Assembly (NCBI GenBank): GCA_934702375.1
Contig: CAKUYE010000001.1
Coordinates: forward strand, 11,275 to 75,274
DNA from: an uncultured Bacillota bacterium
Lineage (GTDB): Bacteria; Bacillota; Dehalobacteriia; UBA7702
Direction: 5' to 3'
Length of the DNA stretch: 64,000 nt
This document shows, piece by piece, positions 29,103-38,063 of this stretch. A program made the translations under genes and the position numbers. Under the pieces are notes generated by a model. The model made no database searches. It was not told the DNA's origin and was given only the letters and a program-made list of their open reading frames with translations. Position 1 is the first letter of the stretch; each line of letters opens with the position of its first letter.

Positions 29103-29247
29103 ACTAATTGAAATAAAAAAGAAAGAAGCAAATCATGCAATAGCGCATCTTCATGCAGCATGATTTGCCTTTTTATTAAGAAAATGTTAAGATACAAAGA
29201 AATAAAATAAAATTGAGAATGTCAATTGACATTGATATTCCCATTAT

Positions 29248-29285
29248 ACTATAATTATAGTAATTTTTATCTCAATACAAAAGAG
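29248..29285 (+). promoter_or_regulatory. perfect 16-bp palindrome AATGTCAATTGACATT overlapping the -35 (TTGACA) of the promoter for the downstream permease; -10 TATAAT at 29280-29285
   Basis: Self-complementary 16-mer at 29248-29263 containing TTGACA; 18-nt spacer to TATAAT; operator-like geometry. Confidence 0.5.
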
Positions 29286-29298
29286 GCGTGAAAACAAT

Positions 29299-30570
29299 AT
29301 GAGTACACTACAAATTTTTTCAATTATCGTTTTCGTCCTCGTCATGGCAGTGATTATCAGTGAAAAGCTGCACAGAGCAACCGTTGCTCTGACCGGCGGC
29401 ATCATTCTGATCCTCACCGGAGTATTAACCTTTGACGAGGGCATCGAGGCCGTGGACTTCAATACCCTTGGCGTGCTTTTGGGCATGATGCTCTTTGTTG
29501 GCGTAGTAAAAGAATCCGGGTTATTTGAATACCTTGCCATCCGGTCAGCAAAAGCGGTAAAGGGTAATCCATGGAAAATCATGGTTGCGTTTACGATCAT
29601 TACGGCAGTTTGTTCCGCATTTCTTGATAACGTAACGACCGTTTTGCTTGTAGGCCCTATGACAATCACCATCTGCGAAATGATGAAGACCAACCCGGTC
29701 CCCTTCCTTCTGGCAGAGATCCTTTCTTCCAATATCGGCGGTACAGCAACGCTTATCGGTGACCCGCCCAACATTATGATCGGCAGCGCCGCCAACCTCA
29801 GTTTTGTAGATTTTGTGATGGTAGATGCCCCTGTAATCATTGTCATTATGGTGGTATTGATTCTGTTCTTCCGTTTCAAATTCAAAAAAAATCTTATCGT
29901 ATCCGAACAGGATCGGGCAGAAGTGCTGCAAATGAATGAAAAAGAAGCCATCAAAAACCCGGCACTTTTCAAAAAAAGCGTCGTAATGATCTTCCTTGTG
30001 GTTTTAGCTTTTATGCTCCACGGTGTTTTGGGCTTGGAATCCTGTGAAATTGCCCTGACCGCCGGCTTGGTCATGGTCATCCTGGGCCATGCCGATTTCG
30101 AAAAAGTGGTTCATCATGTAGAATGGCCGACCCTGCTCTTTTTTATCGGTCTTTTCATCGTTGTCGGCGGTATGGAGGCTACCGGCGTCATTTCCATGTT
30201 GGCCGATTTTATTATGGAAGCTACCGCAGGCAATATGGTCTTGACCATGCTGGTGATTCTCTGGGTATCGGCTCTGCTCTCTGCAATTCTCGATAACATT
30301 CCCTTTGTCGCCACCATGATTCCGCTGGTCATTGCCATGGGAGCCGACGGCATGGATGTAACCCCCCTCTGGTGGGCAATTTCCCTCGGGGCTTGTCTCG
30401 GCGGCAACGGAACCTTAATCGGCGCTTCCGCCAACGTTGTCCTTTCCGGTATCAGCAACAAACACGGCTACCCCATCACCTTTGTGGAATTCCTGAAAAT
30501 CGGGATGCCGGTGATGCTCATAAGCGTAGCCATTGCCACAGTCTATCTGGTGTTACGCTTTGCCCTGTAA
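29299..30570 (+). CDS. ArsB/NhaD-superfamily ion permease (YbiR/citrate-transporter-like)
   Basis: 423 aa, about 11-12 TM, duplicated-half architecture typical of the ArsB/NhaD superfamily; followed by a hairpin terminator (30576-30625). Confidence 0.6.
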   Translation: MSTLQIFSIIVFVLVMAVIISEKLHRATVALTGGIILILTGVLTFDEGIEAVDFNTLGVLLGMMLFVGVVKESGLFEYLAIRSAKAVKGNPWKIMVAFTIITAVCSAFLDNVTTVLLVGPMTITICEMMKTNPVPFLLAEILSSNIGGTATLIGDPPNIMIGSAANLSFVDFVMVDAPVIIVIMVVLILFFRFKFKKNLIVSEQDRAEVLQMNEKEAIKNPALFKKSVVMIFLVVLAFMLHGVLGLESCEIALTAGLVMVILGHADFEKVVHHVEWPTLLFFIGLFIVVGGMEATGVISMLADFIMEATAGNMVLTMLVILWVSALLSAILDNIPFVATMIPLVIAMGADGMDVTPLWWAISLGACLGGNGTLIGASANVVLSGISNKHGYPITFVEFLKIGMPVMLISVAIATVYLVLRFAL

Positions 30571-30644
30571 AACTTAACAAAAAGATAAAATGCAGAGTAT
30601 GCTCAAACAAGCTACTCTGCATTTTTTTCAGATTCATTTAGCTG

Positions 30645-31121
30645 TTATTCTTCCGAAGGAGCCTCTTCCTCCGGTTTTTCTTCCGCAGGAGCATCCTCTG
30701 TTTCTTCACAACCGCAACCGCAGGTTTCTACCGTAGGTTCGTCTTCGTCATCATAACGAATGGTGTACTCGACAACAACTTCCTCTTCTCCGTCACCGTA
30801 AAATTTGTCTTTGATTTTATCAACGACATCATCGGCGGTTTCCTTGATCTTATCCGCAACACGACAGGAAGTTTCCTTTACACCGTTCACCGCAGTATCT
30901 TTCTTATCGCAGATGTTCTGCCGTGCTTCCGCACCGGAACGGGGTGTTGTAAAAGCGGTAATGCCGGCACCGACAACCACACCGGCAGTAAAGCCGATCA
31001 AAAGACCGCCAAGCATCATCAGATTCTCACGAACCTCGGCCTCTTTTTTGGAGATAACGGGGATCTGTTCTTTCACATATTTTTTTGCGGCAGGACTGAA
31101 GGAGCATTTACAAAAACTCAC
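30645..31121 (-). CDS. YtxH-like (DUF948) membrane-anchored protein with acidic Cys-containing C-terminal tail
   Basis: GTG start with AAGGAGGTG RBS at 7 nt; single TM helix with G..G...G..P.SG.E.R pattern of YtxH proteins; C-terminus TCGCGCEETEDAPAEEKPEEE. Confidence 0.45.
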   Translation of the reverse strand: MSFCKCSFSPAAKKYVKEQIPVISKKEAEVRENLMMLGGLLIGFTAGVVVGAGITAFTTPRSGAEARQNICDKKDTAVNGVKETSCRVADKIKETADDVVDKIKDKFYGDGEEEVVVEYTIRYDDEDEPTVETCGCGCEETEDAPAEEKPEEEAPSEE

Positions 31122-31193
31122 TTACAGCACCTCCTTTCTTAAATTGGCTATATTATATTCCATTAAAACCAGTTTGTCAAATCAATGAAAACT

Positions 31194-32567
31194 TTATTCC
31201 TCTTCATCCTCCTGAGGAGGATTTTCTTCTTCATGATCAAAATCCATATCGCAAAACAGCGTAAATTCATGGAGAAAACCGAGGTAGGCCGTACCCACCG
31301 CACCGCTTCTGTTTTTAGCAACGATGGCTTTTGCAAGATACTGATTTTCCGTTGGGTCATAGTAATGGGGACGATGAATAAAGATAACAATATCCGCATC
31401 CTGTTCCAAAGCCCCGGATTCACGCAAGTGGGAAAGATCCGGTTCTTTTACCTTTCCCTCACTTTTTACCGAAGCACGGTTCAACTGAGAAATCACGATG
31501 ATGGGGACATCCAGCTCCTTTGCTAACCCTTTCAACTGCCGGGAAATTTCCGAGATCTGCTGCTGACGGCTTTGGTTCATCTGCAATGCCGAGGACTGCA
31601 TCAAACCGATATAGTCCACAACCACCAGATCCAATCCTTTTTCCCGTTTCAAACGCTTACATTTCCCGCGAATTTCAGCCACGGTAATCATAGAAGTTTC
31701 GTCAATGTAAAGATTGGAGCGACTGATCTCCTCCATGGCTTCGGCCAATTTCGCAAAATCCGCATCGGTCAATTCATTGGTCTTTTTAGCCCGCTCCTGA
31801 CTAACCTTAGCCTTGGAGAAAAGCATGCGGGATGCCACCTGAACCGAGGTCATTTCCAAAGTAAAAAAAGCAACGGTGAGATCGTATAACGTCGCGGCAC
31901 GCTCGGCAATATTCAAACAGATCGTTGTTTTTCCCATCCCGGGGCGGGCTGCAACAATAATCATTTCCCCCCGTTTGAAGCCGCCGATATATTTATCCAG
32001 TTCAATAAAGGTGGGAACCCCCTTTTCTTCCTTGCCGATATGGTCATAGGCTTCGGCAACAAACTCTCCGACTTGCTGCAAGGAGGTAGGCTGGGTAGCC
32101 TGATTCAACTGGTAAATTTCGGCTTCAGCCTCATCCAGCAAAAGGGAGGATGCTTTTTCCTCGGCCTGGGCTTCCCGGGAAATCCGGTCGGAGATGGCAA
32201 TCAGCTTCCGCTTCACCGACTTATCCTTTACGATTTGGGCATAGCTCACCGCGTTTGCCGCCGAAGGCACAGCATCGTAAAGCTCCGTTAAATAAGCTGT
32301 ACCGCCAATCACATCAAGGATTCCTTCGGTTTTCAACACATTGGCAACAGTCACAAGATCCACGTCTTTCCCTGCCTCATGGAGAGAAAACATTGCCGTA
32401 TAGATTTTTTTATGGCTGTCTTTATAGAAATCCGCAACGCCGATCACCTGAGATATCTCATAAAGCAGACCCGGCTCCAAAAGAATCGAGCCCAGCACTG
32501 CCATTTCGGCAAAATCACTGTGCGGCATGCCCATATCTGTCGGCAATCCCATCTGTTCCATCGCCAT
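31194..32567 (-). CDS. dnaB: replicative DNA helicase
   Basis: 457 aa; Walker A GARPGMGKT, RecA-like core, N-terminal DnaB helical domain. Confidence 0.95.
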   Translation of the reverse strand: MAMEQMGLPTDMGMPHSDFAEMAVLGSILLEPGLLYEISQVIGVADFYKDSHKKIYTAMFSLHEAGKDVDLVTVANVLKTEGILDVIGGTAYLTELYDAVPSAANAVSYAQIVKDKSVKRKLIAISDRISREAQAEEKASSLLLDEAEAEIYQLNQATQPTSLQQVGEFVAEAYDHIGKEEKGVPTFIELDKYIGGFKRGEMIIVAARPGMGKTTICLNIAERAATLYDLTVAFFTLEMTSVQVASRMLFSKAKVSQERAKKTNELTDADFAKLAEAMEEISRSNLYIDETSMITVAEIRGKCKRLKREKGLDLVVVDYIGLMQSSALQMNQSRQQQISEISRQLKGLAKELDVPIIVISQLNRASVKSEGKVKEPDLSHLRESGALEQDADIVIFIHRPHYYDPTENQYLAKAIVAKNRSGAVGTAYLGFLHEFTLFCDMDFDHEEENPPQEDEEE

Positions 32568-32708
32568 GCACCACTTTCCGTCATAATAGAGTCAAAATAA
32601 ATTACTTTACTCTGAACTTAAATTATACCAATTTAAGGCCTGGATGGCAAGAAGTTTACGCCGAAAAATAAGAGAATTCACCATCCGTCAATGGAACCAC
32701 CAAAAATG

Positions 32709-34333
32709 CTAATCCAAGCAAATCTCCTTCGTAAAGCCCATTGCCGAAGGATCTTCATGGGAAACGACCATTAAGATACCGCTATAATGCCAACGTTCCA
32801 GAATTTTTGTCAACAAATCCCGGGTCGATTCGTCCAAGTTCGAGAAAGGCTCGTCCATAATAACCACTTCCTTACCGGATAAAATCGCCCGAACGATGGC
32901 AATCATTTGCATTTGCCCGCCGGAGACACCGGAAAGGTGCTGCTGAATATCGGTATCCAGCCCTTGGGGAAAGGTTTCAAAATAGGCCGTTAAGTCCAGC
33001 TCTGCCAAAAGCTTTTGAACATCGGCACGGGTTTTTCCGTGCAGTCCGATGAAAAGATTATCAAGTACAGAGCCTTTGAATAAAAAGATGTGTTGAGATA
33101 CCACGGCAATATGCTCTCGGATGCTTTTCACCGCCAGCTCCGTTGCATCCACCTCATTATAGAGGATTTGCCCGGACACAGGAGCATATAACCCCAGCAT
33201 CAATTTTACCACCGTAGATTTTCCGGAACCGTTCTTCCCGCGGAGCAAAACCCGGTCACCGGAATGAAGCGCAAAGCTGCACCCTGTCAAAACCTCATGT
33301 TCATCGTAGGAAAAGGAAACATTCTCAAAAGAAATATTGGAGATTTTTTCGGAAACCTCCCTGCCCTTTTCATTTTCACTGTCCCTGGAGAACAAGGCAT
33401 TGATCCGCTCCATACTGCGAAAAGGCTGTTCCAAAGCAATCCGCAAATTGCCCAGACAGAGGATTCCGCTGGTAACATAGGAGAGATACATAGCAAAAGC
33501 CGTATACAAACCAATAGTAACCTGTCCTTGAAGGATCAAGGCACCGCATAGGAGCAGCACAAAAACAGATTCCAGATTGCAAAGAAGGTTGATAAATTCA
33601 TCGTAACAAACAAAGCGGCGCTTCATTTTAATTCGGCTTAAAGCAAGATCAGCGGATTTATCGACGAAAGAGGAAAATCCCTCTTCACGACGGTTTAAAA
33701 CCTTAAAATCCTCTACTCCGTTAAGAATCTCATAGCCCTCACCGCTCAAGATACCATTCTTCTCCAAGGTTGCTTCAATGTCTCGTGCAATATGCTTTTC
33801 GTTATTTTTGGTAATAAAGAAAACCACGGGCAGAAAAACCAAGGAGATCAACGCCAACTTCCAGTGCAGCAAAAACATAACAATCAAGGCAAACATGGCA
33901 ATGACGATCTGACAAACGGTACTGATGGAATCCGAGGAAAACAGCGATTCCAATTCCGAACACTCTTCCATGCGGCTCAATAAATACCCCTTTTCATTTT
34001 TACGCAAATAATCCATAGGCAGGGAAACGATCTTTTCCATCAGCTTACAGCGCAGCTCATGGGCAAAATTCACGTTGATTGAGATAAGCAGACGATTCAT
34101 AGCTAAGGAAACAACGCATTTTAACAAATAGGCTCCCACCGTAACACCAATCAACAGCAAAAAGGTATGATAATCCCCGCCGCTATTTAAAACATCAATG
34201 GCTTGACCGATCAAATACGGCGTAACCGCCACCAAAGAGGAAAACAGAAAAAACACCAACAACCCAACGAGAATACTCCCTTTTTCACCGCCACAATACG
34301 ATCAAGCTTCTTTAATTCTTCCCATACCTTCAT
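32709..34333 (-). CDS. ABC exporter, fused permease/ATPase (type I half-transporter); N-terminus disrupted by an apparent -1 frameshift near 34265
   Basis: Six-TM domain plus NBD with Walker A GKNGSGKST, signature LSGVSGGQ, Walker B VVIMDEP; the track ORF starts at TTG (34262), but an upstream mini-ORF MKVWEELKKLDRIVAVKKGVFSLG in the -1 frame is a typical ABC exporter N-terminus. Confidence 0.75.
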
Positions 34334-34496
34334 GTCAATATCTCCCATACTCTCAATAAAAATACAATTGTTAAGCTATATCTATATTTTACAAAATTTG
34401 GCGGAAGTTGTAAAGCCAAACCTTGGCAATATCCCTTCAAATGCACTCCCTTATTTTTATAAAAATCCAAAAGATTGCGAAACTTTGAGAAAAAAC

Positions 34497-34524
34497 TTGA
34501 CAACAAGGGAAAAAAGCGTATAAT
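34497..34524 (+). promoter_or_regulatory. consensus sigma-A promoter (TTGACA-16-TATAAT) of the aromatic amino acid supraoperon
   Basis: Perfect -35 and -10 hexamers; about 200-nt leader follows before the first CDS. Confidence 0.6.
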
Positions 34525-34553
34525 GTAGAAAAAATGAAAGGGGGAGAAAAGAA

Positions 34554-34628
34554 GTGTTATTGAATTTACATCGATTTTATTATTTCAGCACGGACTTTCT
34601 GACTACCCTTTCAAATAGCCATCGCTAA
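34554..34628 (+). CDS. candidate aromatic leader peptide (GTG start; MLLNLHRFYYFSTDFLTTLSNSHR)
   Basis: GGGGGAG RBS 7 nt upstream of GTG; four consecutive aromatic codons TTT TAT TAT TTC plus another TTT; sits between promoter and leader terminator. Confidence 0.35.
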   Translation: MLLNLHRFYYFSTDFLTTLSNSHR

Positions 34629-34653
34629 GGTCGTATTTTAAAGAGTACGGAAA

Positions 34654-34710
34654 GCCCGCAATTCTACGTGCCCGAAAAAGGCAGTATTTGGATTGCGGAC
34701 TTTTTTATTT
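34654..34710 (+). terminator. intrinsic terminator in the leader of the aromatic operon (candidate attenuator)
   Basis: Interrupted hairpin CCGCAAT..TAC.TGCC-CGAAAAAG-GGCA.GTA..ATTGCGG followed by ACTTTTTTATTT, 12 nt before the RBS of the aminotransferase. Confidence 0.55.
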
Positions 34711-34721
34711 GGAGGACTGAA

Positions 34722-35924
34722 ATGAAAATGAATTTATCGGAAGAAATGATGATGTTAGGTAAAAAAAGCTCTGTGATTCGGGAAATCTTTGAATACAGCA
34801 AGAAAAGAAAAGCAGAGATTGGCGCAGACAAGGTATTTGATTTTAGTATTGGGAACCCCAGCGTACCGGCACCGGAAGAAATTGGAGAAACCATTGCCAA
34901 GCTGGCCCGGGAGATGGACCCTGTTTTACTTCATGGCTACACTGCAGCAGTGGGAGATCCCGGCGCAAGGGCGAAAATCGCCGAGGGAATCCACCGGGAT
35001 TTTCACACACCCAACCGTCCGGATCTCGTTTACATGACCTGCGGAGCCGCTGCATCTCTTACCATTTCCCTCAATGCCATTTTACAACCGGGTGAAGAAG
35101 TTCTCGTTCCCACGCCCTATTTCCCGGAATATAAAGTATTTACCGAACATGCCGGCGGCGTTCTGGTAGAGATCCCCTGTGATAAAGATTTTCAGCTGGA
35201 TCTTAATGCCATTGAAAATGCCATCACAGCCAAAACCAGAGCCATTATCATCAATTCCCCCAATAACCCCACCGGAGCAATTTTCCGCACCGAGGATCTG
35301 AAAAAGCTCTCGGCTCTTTTACAACAAAAGGAAAAGGAATATGACCGCACCATCTACATCATTGCCGATGAACCCTACCGCAAGCTGGTGTGGAACGGAG
35401 AAGAGGTTCCCTTTTTGCCGGAGCTTTACCCCGATACCCTGGTATGCTACTCCTACAGTAAAGCCCTCTCCCTCCCCGGAGAACGTATCGGCTACATTTT
35501 CGTAAGCCCTTATATGGAAGCATGCGGCGATGTTTTTGCCGCTGTTTGCGGCGCCGGCCGCGCCCTTGGATTTGTCTGCGCTCCGAGCTTAATGCAATTT
35601 ATGATTGCAGAATGTGCCGACTGCACCGCAGATTTCCGTATTTACCGTAAAAACAGAGAACGACTCATGGAAATGCTCACGGACATCGGCTACGAAGTGA
35701 TTCCCCCCGACGGTGCCTTCTACCTGTTTGTGAAAGCTCTGGAACCCGATGCCCATGCCTTCTATGAAAAAGGGAAAAAACATGAGCTGCTACTGGTTCC
35801 CAGTGATTCCTTTGGCTGCACCGGCTATGTACGTATTGCATACTGCGTAACACCGGAACAGATTGAAGCTGCCAAACCGGCATTTGAAGCCCTGTACCGG
35901 GATTATCAGGAAGGGAATGATTAA
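34722..35924 (+). CDS. class I/II PLP-dependent aminotransferase (probable aromatic/aspartate aminotransferase)
   Basis: 401 aa; fold-type I aminotransferase motifs (NPSVPAP, INSPNNPTG, SYSKALSLPGERIGY with the Lys); first gene of the aro/phe/tyr cluster. Confidence 0.75.
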   Translation: MKMNLSEEMMMLGKKSSVIREIFEYSKKRKAEIGADKVFDFSIGNPSVPAPEEIGETIAKLAREMDPVLLHGYTAAVGDPGARAKIAEGIHRDFHTPNRPDLVYMTCGAAASLTISLNAILQPGEEVLVPTPYFPEYKVFTEHAGGVLVEIPCDKDFQLDLNAIENAITAKTRAIIINSPNNPTGAIFRTEDLKKLSALLQQKEKEYDRTIYIIADEPYRKLVWNGEEVPFLPELYPDTLVCYSYSKALSLPGERIGYIFVSPYMEACGDVFAAVCGAGRALGFVCAPSLMQFMIAECADCTADFRIYRKNRERLMEMLTDIGYEVIPPDGAFYLFVKALEPDAHAFYEKGKKHELLLVPSDSFGCTGYVRIAYCVTPEQIEAAKPAFEALYRDYQEGND

Positions 35925-35925
35925 A

Positions 35926-37020
35926 ATGAGTTCATTGGAGGATGCCCGCAAAAAGATCAATGAGATCGACCGCAAAATGGCCGATCTCTTTACCCAACGA
36001 ATGCACGCCGCAGAACAGGTTGCAAACTATAAAATGCAGGCAGGCTTACCCATTTACGATCAGGCAAGAGAAGATGAAGTGATCGAAAAAAACAGAGCCT
36101 TTGTTCCCGAGGAAGAGCTGCAATCCTATTACGTGAATTTTCTGAAAAGCAACATGATTATTTCCCGCCGTTATCAGCGCCGCCTTTTAGACGGTATGCG
36201 CGTTGCCTACAGCGGCGTTCCCGGAGCTTTTGCCGCTACGGCAGCCCAGCGGATCTTCCCCGACGGCACACCGGTCCCCCACAAAGACTTCGCCGCCGCC
36301 TACGAAGCCGTAACCAAGGGTGAATGTGATTGCGCCGTTTTACCCTTGGAAAACAGCTTTGCCGGCGATGTTTCTCAAGTAATGGATCTGGCATTTTTCG
36401 GCGATTTATACATCAACGGCATCTATGACCTGGAAATCACGCAGAACCTCATCGGCCTCCCCGGTACATCGTTAAAGGAGATCAAAAAGGTCATCAGCCA
36501 CCCCCAGGCATTGGCTCAAAGCGCTGCTTTTTTAAGAGAACATGGCTTTGAAACCGAGGAAGCCACCAATACCGCCGTAGCCGCCCAAAGCGTAGCGGAA
36601 AAAAAAGATCCTGCCTTTGCCGCAGTAGCCGGCGCCGAAACCGCTGCCCTTTACGGTTTACAGGTGCTGGAAAAGCGCATCAACGACCGCTCCGGAAATA
36701 CCACCCGGTTCGCCGTATTTTCCCGGCTGAATCATCAGGATCCTGCTCATGATAATTATTTCGTCATGAACTTCACCGTAAAAAACGAAGCCGGCTGCCT
36801 GGGGAAAGCGGTATCCGCCATTGGGGAATTGGGTTTTAATCTTCGCGCTTTAAAGAGTCGTCCCACCAAAGAACTGATTTGGGAATACTACTTCTATGCC
36901 GAAGGAGAAGGCAACATCAACAGCAAGGACGGCATCTGTTTGCAAAAACGATTACAGGAGCTTTGCAGCGATGTGCGCATTTTAGGCAGCTTCGACCGGG
37001 AACGCGTGCTGGATCGATAA
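35926..37020 (+). CDS. pheA: bifunctional chorismate mutase / prephenate dehydratase (P-protein)
   Basis: N-terminal AroQ-type chorismate mutase helix (LEDARKKINEIDRKMADLFTQRM); PDT domain with ESRP-like motif (ALKSRPTK) and C-terminal ACT domain. Confidence 0.85.
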   Translation: MSSLEDARKKINEIDRKMADLFTQRMHAAEQVANYKMQAGLPIYDQAREDEVIEKNRAFVPEEELQSYYVNFLKSNMIISRRYQRRLLDGMRVAYSGVPGAFAATAAQRIFPDGTPVPHKDFAAAYEAVTKGECDCAVLPLENSFAGDVSQVMDLAFFGDLYINGIYDLEITQNLIGLPGTSLKEIKKVISHPQALAQSAAFLREHGFETEEATNTAVAAQSVAEKKDPAFAAVAGAETAALYGLQVLEKRINDRSGNTTRFAVFSRLNHQDPAHDNYFVMNFTVKNEAGCLGKAVSAIGELGFNLRALKSRPTKELIWEYYFYAEGEGNINSKDGICLQKRLQELCSDVRILGSFDRERVLDR

Positions 37021-37037
37021 CACAAAGGAGAAAACCT

Positions 37038-38033
37038 ATGGAAATACAGGTAAAAGCTGGGAGTCCCTACCCTATTTATATCGAAGAAGGCGCTCTTTCT
37101 CAGGCCGGCGAGTTATTCGAGCTAAACCGCAAAGCCCTCATCGTTACCGACAACGGCGTACCCAAAAGCTACGCGGAAACCGTTGCCGCAGCCTGCAAAG
37201 AGCCTTACATCGAAATTTTTCCGGCCGGTGAAGCCTCTAAGAATCTTTCCACCTGGCAAACCCTTTTAGAACGGCTCAGCAAGGAAAAATTCAGTCGCTC
37301 CGACTGTGTAATTGCCGTTGGCGGCGGCGTAACCGGCGACATGGCCGGCTTTGCCGCGGCCTGCTATTTAAGGGGGATCGACTTTTACAACATCCCCACA
37401 ACGTTACTGGCCCAGGTGGATTCCTCCGTCGGCGGAAAGGTAGCCGTAGATTTTATGGGCTATAAAAACACGGTAGGCGCCTTCTACAACCCCAAAGGAG
37501 TGCTGATCGACCCAAAGGTTCTGGACACACTGGAATATCGGCAAATCGCCTGTGGCTTGGCGGAAGCAACAAAAATGGCAGCAACCTGCGACGCTAATTT
37601 CTTCCAATGGCTGGAAGGAAATGACCCCTTAAAGAACCGCACCGAAATGATTCTGCGGGCAATTACGATCAAAAAAGAAATCGTCGAAGCCGATGAAAAG
37701 GAATTGGGATTGCGGCGAGTATTAAACTTTGGCCATACCTTAGGCCATGCCGTAGAATCGGCAACAGGCCTTTTCCACGGCGAATGTGTAGCCATCGGCA
37801 TGCTGCCCTTTACCGCAGAAGCAGACCGGGAACGACTAAAATCCCTGCTGCAACGGTTTCAATTACCAACGGAAGCCGGCGGTCAAAAAGAAAAAATTCT
37901 GGAAAATATCAAAATGGATAAAAAGATCACCGGCAACGACATTACCGTGGTTCGCGTACCGCAAATCGGTCAATACACTCTGGAAAAACTCTCTCTGGAA
38001 GAGTTGATCGCGCAGGTAAAAGAAGCGATCTGA
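37038..38033 (+). CDS. aroB: 3-dehydroquinate synthase
   Basis: 332 aa; GGGVTGDMAGF NAD-binding motif and metal ligands of DHQS. Confidence 0.9.
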   Translation: MEIQVKAGSPYPIYIEEGALSQAGELFELNRKALIVTDNGVPKSYAETVAAACKEPYIEIFPAGEASKNLSTWQTLLERLSKEKFSRSDCVIAVGGGVTGDMAGFAAACYLRGIDFYNIPTTLLAQVDSSVGGKVAVDFMGYKNTVGAFYNPKGVLIDPKVLDTLEYRQIACGLAEATKMAATCDANFFQWLEGNDPLKNRTEMILRAITIKKEIVEADEKELGLRRVLNFGHTLGHAVESATGLFHGECVAIGMLPFTAEADRERLKSLLQRFQLPTEAGGQKEKILENIKMDKKITGNDITVVRVPQIGQYTLEKLSLEELIAQVKEAI

Positions 38034-38063
38034 ATATAAAACAGATTGGTCGGGTGAAATGAA

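Noticed and set aside
29244-30080. 278-aa minus-strand ORF
   Set aside because: Antisense to the ArsB/NhaD-like permease gene; no start context.
34380-34720. T-box riboswitch in the aro leader
   Set aside because: No AGGGUGGNACCGCG T-box sequence and no recognisable Stem I specifier architecture; the leader-peptide model fits better, so T-box was not called.
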